Source: Pelagomonas calceolata
Taxonomy: Eukaryota
Direction: 5' to 3'
Length of the DNA: 64,000 bases
NCBI GenBank assembly: GCA_918797485.1
Contig: CAKKNE010000002.1
Coordinates: 124,001 to 188,000 of the forward strand
Shown: piece by piece, positions 58,179 to 64,000 of the stretch
Layout: each line of letters opens with the position of its first letter
Position numbering within the stretch: position 1 is the first letter of the stretch
The notes under the pieces: generated by a model
Databases searched by the model: none
Told to the model about the DNA's origin: nothing
The model's input: only the letters and a program-made list of their open reading frames with translations
Translations under genes and position numbers: made by a program

Positions 58179-59177
58179 ATGACAAGCTGCCGCAGCGTGA
58201 TTCTATCGGCTCTCTTCTGGACAGCGGTGGCTCATCGTCGTGCATCTAAGCGCCGCGCGTTGCAGCGAACGCACGTCGTCGGTGCCGGTAAGACCGCGCC
58301 ACATCTCGTCTTCTGGCACCTCGAGAAGGCCGGCGGCAGGCTCGCTACCTCGCTCATAAATGATGCGATGGGTGGGCGGGGGGGCTTTACGACAATCCAC
58401 GAGTGGGGCGTCTACACCCCGACGCAGGAGCGGCGCTTCGTGGTCGCCCCAATGCGCGAGCCCTGCAGCTACTACGTCTCCGAGTTCAACTGGGGTGTGT
58501 CCGGCAAGGGTTTCTTGCGACGCGCGCTCCTCGCAAACGTCAGCTCACGTGAGCGCATTGCGCGGTGGTATGCGGACGGCCAGAACTCGGACCTGGCGAT
58601 TGCGCGCGCAGCCTTTCGCGCCTGGGTGACTTTCATCAACGGCGCAGACGGCGGCGTTCGTGCTGACGAGACCTGCGGCCTCCTCGGTGCACGCCTCTGG
58701 GCCGCTGTGCTCGACCCAGTCGCAGGCTTGCGCATCAACCGGCGCAACTGCAACCGCGCCGACGTGAAGGCAATTGAGCAGGGCCGCGGCTGCAGCTGCC
58801 CGCTCCTCGACTGCATGCGCCAAGCGCAAAACACAACGCGGCGTGCGTGTCGAACGCGCGTCCGCGGATTCGGCTCCGAGTTGGATGTCCGAACGCGTGA
58901 CATCTGCTGGATACGCACTGAGCATCTCGTTGAGGACCTGGCAATGTGCCTTGCCGCCTTCCGCGAAGCAGGCGGCCGCGTCAACCCTGACTTTCGCGCG
59001 AGCATGCATTGGAAAGTGCAAGCGACGGATTCCGCGTTCTATTCACACGGACAGACGTCCCAGGACAGACTCTGGACCTGCGCCGACCTCGTCGACCCGC
59101 ATAGCGGCGCAATAATTTATGGTTACGAGGGCGAGATCGCTGCGCGCTTCAACATGACCTGCTGCACCAGGCTTTAA
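58179..59177 (+). CDS. Sulfotransferase-family protein with signal/anchor
   Basis: VFWHLEKAGG (5'-PSB), MREPCSYYVS (3'-PB), IRTEHLVEDL. Confidence 0.78.
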   Translation: MTSCRSVILSALFWTAVAHRRASKRRALQRTHVVGAGKTAPHLVFWHLEKAGGRLATSLINDAMGGRGGFTTIHEWGVYTPTQERRFVVAPMREPCSYYVSEFNWGVSGKGFLRRALLANVSSRERIARWYADGQNSDLAIARAAFRAWVTFINGADGGVRADETCGLLGARLWAAVLDPVAGLRINRRNCNRADVKAIEQGRGCSCPLLDCMRQAQNTTRRACRTRVRGFGSELDVRTRDICWIRTEHLVEDLAMCLAAFREAGGRVNPDFRASMHWKVQATDSAFYSHGQTSQDRLWTCADLVDPHSGAIIYGYEGEIAARFNMTCCTRL

Positions 59178-59813
59178 CTTGAAGCGCAACATATCCCGTC
59201 GGCAGGATTGTTATACGTCACTCCCGGATAGGAGGATCTCAAATCCGGCACTTGCCCAAAACTCAAATTCGCCGCTTTCTTTTAAGTTTCCCTTAAAGAG
59301 TAGAGGAGTCGGATGCGCAGAAGACACGAAAAACGCAAAATAGTAAAGCAAATAGCTTAATTTAAAAGGGATAATCAAATAGGCTTTGAAGTGGGCTTTT
59401 GTGACTTACAAGTGCATCTTTCAATAGATAGATCGCCTGCCGCGGCACGAAACGCCGCTGGCGCTCCGTTCGTGGGCCACTAAAACTTCCAGACCAAATC
59501 GTTTCGCTCACCCGTTTCGCTCACGTCCCAGAGGGGTAAGTAGGCCCCTTATTCTCGACTTGCCGCCCAACCAGACGCCTAGTTTTAGAGATACGGCAAA
59601 TTTGGGTTTGGGTGTCCGCCGAAGTTCACCCACTTGATATCTTTGAGCGCCTTAAGCGATTCAGTGTTTAAGGTGACGAAACGTTCGACTCCCTCTCCAT
59701 CGTAACCTCTCATCATATTCACCCCGGGAAAGTGCTCGGGAATTCGAATCTCAAACCAGGCTCCCGCCCCCGTGCCCGGGCCGCTACCACTAGGCACCAG
59801 GCTCACCTGATAT

Positions 59814-61334
59814 TTAAGCCGGTACCACGCCGTCTCGCGCGGGCGGGCAGACCGCCGTCACCCACGGTGGCCGAAGATGCCGGCCCGTGAGGTCAGGTCG
59901 CCGTCGGAGCCGCGGTGCGATCTGGTCTGCCATAAGGGTCGCAACGTCCTCAAGGTTCGCGGTCATAGGACCCGAGTACGAGCCAATCGCCATCGACGCA
60001 AAGAGCGTGGCCTCGGCGGAAGCGGCGGCGGCCCAGTAGTAGGGTGCGGGCCAAGGCATCCCTAGACCCTCGACGGTGGACGCATACGGCCGTGTTGAGG
60101 AGGCGGCAGAGTAGTAGCCGAGCTCCACGACCAGCGTTCCCGGCTGAACGAAGATGATGTTCGCAAGCGCGGCCCCGTGCGGAGCGACGACGACGTGCGC
60201 GCGGTGCCAGACGGCGGCTGCCGAGGTCAGGCTGTGGTCCCTGCCAACAAAGACGCGGAGTCGGACGGCGCAGGCCGGCAGCGCGCGACCTAGGCTCGCC
60301 GAGACGGTTTCCAGAAGCTGGTCGTGGTTCCGGACGGCGCGCGACCGAGCGTCTTGCCGTGATACCACGAGTACCTCGACGACGCAGCTCCCGTTCGCGG
60401 TCGCGTTACCAAGCCGGACTGGCGGCTCGCGGACGTGCGCCGCCTCGGCGGGGTCGGGGCACGCGGCGAGGAGGCGGCCCACGTAACTCCGGTTCAGCGC
60501 GAGCTGAAACGAGCACGTTTCTTCCTCGATCGTGTACCAGCCACCTGAACGTCGCGCGCCGCCGGGAAAGACGGGGACCGCCTCGCCCGCAAAGTATAGC
60601 CTGTCGGCCGGGTTTTTCGGTCGGAACATCGTCGTGCCTGCCCTGTGCACGGGTACGTATCGAATTCTGAGCGTGTCAGGAATTAATCTCCGGCGTCGCA
60701 GCAGCCCGACCCATTCGCGCCAGAGCCGCGTGTCGTGCACGAGGAGCGTCGTACGATTCGCCGGGACGTTCCGCGCCACCCGTAGCAATCGTGGGAACTG
60801 GTTGATGCTATGCGCGACCTCCCGCGGATATACACCGAAGGCGTGGGCCACGTGACCGTCGATGATAGTGGACGCGCTCCCGTGCTTTTGCGCGGAGCCA
60901 AGGTGTACTGGGTACGATTTTTTGCCGCCGGTAACGAGCACGCCACCGGCGCCCGCGTGATGCAGCAGGACGGATCCGCCAGGAATCCCGGCGACGAATT
61001 GCTTTGCGGCGCAGCCGCTCCAGGCGTTGTCCGCGCGCCACTGTGTCCAGCGCGACGCGTTCGACGCCGGCGCGGCGCAGACGCGAGACCAGCCGCCCTT
61101 GGGTTTGGCGTTCGGATCCGCCTGCAATCGTTTGAGGTGCAAGTCGCACCACCGTTCCTTTACGGTTAGACTCGACATGGGCAGCACCTCGCGCGAGGCG
61201 AATGCACCAGCGTTTGCGCGCTCCGACGTCACGAGATACCAAGGGTAGTCATTGAGGTCGACGACCTTGTCCGCAGCCGCCGGCAAGCCGGCAGCCCTGA
61301 GCAGCAGCAGCAACAAACAACATTGATTCTGCAT
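59814..61334 (-). CDS. Glycosyltransferase family 61-like protein with signal peptide
   Basis: VVSRQDARSRAVRNHDQL...VVVAPHGAALANIIF...LVVEL is the GT61 signature. Confidence 0.85.
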   Translation of the reverse strand: MQNQCCLLLLLLRAAGLPAAADKVVDLNDYPWYLVTSERANAGAFASREVLPMSSLTVKERWCDLHLKRLQADPNAKPKGGWSRVCAAPASNASRWTQWRADNAWSGCAAKQFVAGIPGGSVLLHHAGAGGVLVTGGKKSYPVHLGSAQKHGSASTIIDGHVAHAFGVYPREVAHSINQFPRLLRVARNVPANRTTLLVHDTRLWREWVGLLRRRRLIPDTLRIRYVPVHRAGTTMFRPKNPADRLYFAGEAVPVFPGGARRSGGWYTIEEETCSFQLALNRSYVGRLLAACPDPAEAAHVREPPVRLGNATANGSCVVEVLVVSRQDARSRAVRNHDQLLETVSASLGRALPACAVRLRVFVGRDHSLTSAAAVWHRAHVVVAPHGAALANIIFVQPGTLVVELGYYSAASSTRPYASTVEGLGMPWPAPYYWAAAASAEATLFASMAIGSYSGPMTANLEDVATLMADQIAPRLRRRPDLTGRHLRPPWVTAVCPPARDGVVPA

Positions 61335-61540
61335 GTGGCGGTCCTAACCCGAGCTACGGAAGGGACGCTGCCGGCGTCCGTTTCCCATCACGTGTGCTTG
61401 GCGCGCGACAGCGTCAAGACTCCGCGGGATAGTATATAGGTACAATAATGTCAACATGACCGTGAGAATATCGATGGCATTATCATAATTACAATTGACC
61501 ATCCTGAGTACCTACGGTACCGTAGGGACCGTACCGTAGG

Positions 61541-62944
61541 TATTCACTAGGCCTATTCTATTCAGCGATATTAGCTTCGGTATGTGCTGGTGTCTAATGA
61601 GCTGGGTGCAGCAAATGCACAATGCAGCTGTGGTAGCTGGGTCTCTCGGGTGTCAATGTGACACGGAGATGCCATACCACAGCTGCATTGTGCACTTGCT
61701 GCACTCAGCTCATTAGACACCAGCACATACCGAAGCTAATATCGCTGAAGCAGCAAATGTTAATAACCGTGCCAGTGACGTCAATGACGGGGTTTCTGAC
61801 CAGTTCCGCCGTGGGCTGTGGGCCCATAACCTGTAGAAAATAAGGGGCCGGGCTGCAATGTGTGTACAGCAAAGGTGGTCATGGCAACGGTATTGGCGAC
61901 TGAGGTCATAGGTGAATCCCCGTTTATAATATAAGCACTAGATGTAATAATAAGTTCACTCATTTTTACTGTGTTGACGTGTTGATAGGGATTAGGGAAA
62001 GGATATGTATCTAGGGTATATACCGTGACTTGGCCCCTCAGTATCTGAGCGGAAGCCATATGAAAACCGGTATGCTTACTGGCGTACGAGATGGCCTAAG
62101 GAAGAAAAGCCATCGGTTGGTGGTTGGATGAAAAACATGGCCATCCTCAAGGCAATGGCAGATTCTAGTGTGATCATGATTTCTCATCACGCTCTTCGTG
62201 GGGGCTTTGGGAGTATTTTTCGTGGCGTTGATGGGGTTGGCGCCCGTTGTGGCAACGGCCTCTTTTCCACTTATAAATCTCCCAAAATTTTATCTTAGCT
62301 TCACTATCCTAGTCTCACTTATCTTGGTTAAATACCCGGATAGAGTAGGCCTAGTGAATGCTATGATATGGCCACGTATCCTTGTATTTACGTCTATGAT
62401 GCTCCGGGTATTAACCCAGCAGCCTTTGGCAGTTATGGAGCTGGAATTTATATTCCTAAGTTGGGATTGGTTCCCAAGCATGTACGTCCTGTTCGACCTG
62501 TCGCAAATCTGTATGATTTGTTGGCGAGCTAAATTGTCTTACCAATTTAGCTCAGGCACTGCCAAAGGGGCTTATGGTAATTCCCCTAAAGGTGGGGTTT
62601 TCCCCGAGGTCTGTCAGCTATGTTTTGGTATCTTGGCAGCAATATCGTCACATCTAGTGGCTCGCTGCAAGATACTTTCTTATACTTGCTCGTGTCCAAC
62701 AGCGCTCCGATTGTGAGAGCGCAGGACAAAGGAGCAAGAATTTTTTGGCCCTCCCACCCTCCCTTGGTTGTTTTGGCGCGGGGGCGCGTGGTCCGGGGTC
62801 CCTGGGGTTGGCGCCCGTTGTGGCAACGGCCTCTTTTCCACTTATAAATCTCCCAAAATTTTATCTTAGCTTCACTATCCTAGTCTCACTTATCTTGGTT
62901 AAATACCCGGATAGAGTAGGCCTAGTGAATACGGTATCATAGCA
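61541..62944. mobile_element. Mosaic of dispersed repeat modules bounded by short inverted ends
   Basis: TATTCACTAGGCCTATTCTA at 61541 versus TAGAGTAGGCCTAGTGAAT at 62341 and 62912. Direct repeat 62232-62359 / 62804-62930. Modules shared with 43349-43830, 50848-50960 and 53496-53684. Confidence 0.55.
61561..61749. repeat. Long hairpin with 75 bp arms (2 mismatches) and a structured 39 nt loop
   Basis: 61561-61635 is the reverse complement of 61675-61749. Confidence 0.9.
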
Positions 62945-63136
62945 GGTACGAACTCTAAAACTCCGGCTCAACTGGCTTCGACGACATACCCTTGCTAAAG
63001 CGTCGAACTTTGGAGATCAGAGGAGGGCTAGCGAGGACTTCGCGCGCTGCTGCGGCGTGGGAATGGCCGAGGAGGACAGCTGCAGCCCGCAAAAAAGCCA
63101 CAAGACGACAGATTGATTGGCCGACAGACGACAGAC

Positions 63137-64000
63137 ATGAACAGTGTCCACGGGCCTGGGCCAACGCCGCCAGCACATAGCTCGCACGGGGCTCCGGAGG
63201 ACGCAGACGACGCCAGAGAGTAAAAAAAGGCGGCATTGAAGGCGCGGCGCCGCGCTAGCAAGGCGGCTCGACGCGCGGCAGCGGGCCTGTCGGCGCGCGC
63301 GCCCCGCTTCGGCGCGCGCAACGAGAACCGCGCGGCTGTATTCGTCAAGTTCCTCGTCGAGACGTTCGGCGTCGAGCGGCTGCGACGCGAGGGCGTCTGC
63401 GACGTCGCCGGCGGCCGCGGAGAAATCACGTGTCGGCTGGCGCACTGCCACGAGGTGCGGTGCGTGTTAGTCGAGCCGCGCGAGGCCGTCGACCTCCAGG
63501 CGACGGTCCTCAAGCGCGTCGCGCCGCGGCTGCCCGCGCGCTACCGGCGGCACCTGGAGGAGGCGGGCCGAAGCGAGCGCATCGAGCGCCTCGCGACGGT
63601 CGTCGAGTCGCCGTTCCCGCCGCGCGACGCGGCGCTCGCAGCGCTCGTCGCCGGCTGCGGCATCTGGGTCGGGCTGCACGCTGACGGCGCGACCGAGGCG
63701 ATCGTCGAGGAAGCGCTGCGCGCGCGCAAGGCGTTCGCGGTCGTTCCTTGCTGCGTCTTTCCTAGGTTCTTCGCTACGCGCGCGACGGAAGACGGCCGGC
63801 CCGTGCGTACGACGGCGGACCTCGTATCATACCTCGTGGCCAAAGACGCCCGGACCTGTACCACGACCCTGGCCTTTGAAGGCAAGAACCGTGTGGTATC
63901 GTGCGACGCGTCGGCCGTTCGCGTCGCCGCAGGCCCGGCCGACGTCTCTTCCGCCGTCCTCGCCAACGAGCCCATCTTGATTGAGGATTCCGCCGCAACG
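63137..64000 (+). pseudogene. Duplicated methyltransferase-JmjC gene with an early nonsense codon; runs off the window
   Basis: ~62961-64000 is a near-identical direct copy of ~48766-49806. GAT TCA has become GAG TAA (63221-63223, codon 29). Confidence 0.85.

Noticed and set aside
59585..59806. 73 aa minus-strand ORF after the GT61 gene
   Set aside because: No ATG start or recognisable motif. It may be another captured fragment but cannot be supported.

Overview
Eukaryotic nuclear DNA from a GC-rich stramenopile alga. The 18S sequence, short GC-AG introns and gene content suggest a pelagophyte; this is inference, as no database search was possible. The first 30 kb is a large inverted repeat with arms of about 10.5 kb (3030-13531 and 19364-29885). 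Each arm carries a complete 18S-5.8S-28S rDNA unit transcribed outward, followed on the same strand by an intact ThiD-ThiE (thiamine) fusion gene. The unique 5.8 kb spacer holds a MYND/Sel1 gene, an exact 447 bp orphan 28S fragment, a 282 bp satellite and a folate-biopterin transporter. An ~8 kb rDNA core is nearly identical between arms while the flanks have diverged, which argues for a real structure under gene conversion rather than an assembly fold-back. From 30.8 to 44.5 kb lie very GC-rich genes: a WW/B-box protein, an IQ-motif protein, a nucleoplasmin-like protein and CSN8. From 44.7 to 64 kb is a cluster of predicted glycan-modifying enzymes (FkbM-like methyltransferases, sulfotransferases, GT61) plus a methyltransferase-JmjC fusion and its duplicated nonsense copy. 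These genes are interleaved with fold-back elements carrying captured coding fragments, a copia remnant and GTAC-rich micro-palindromes.
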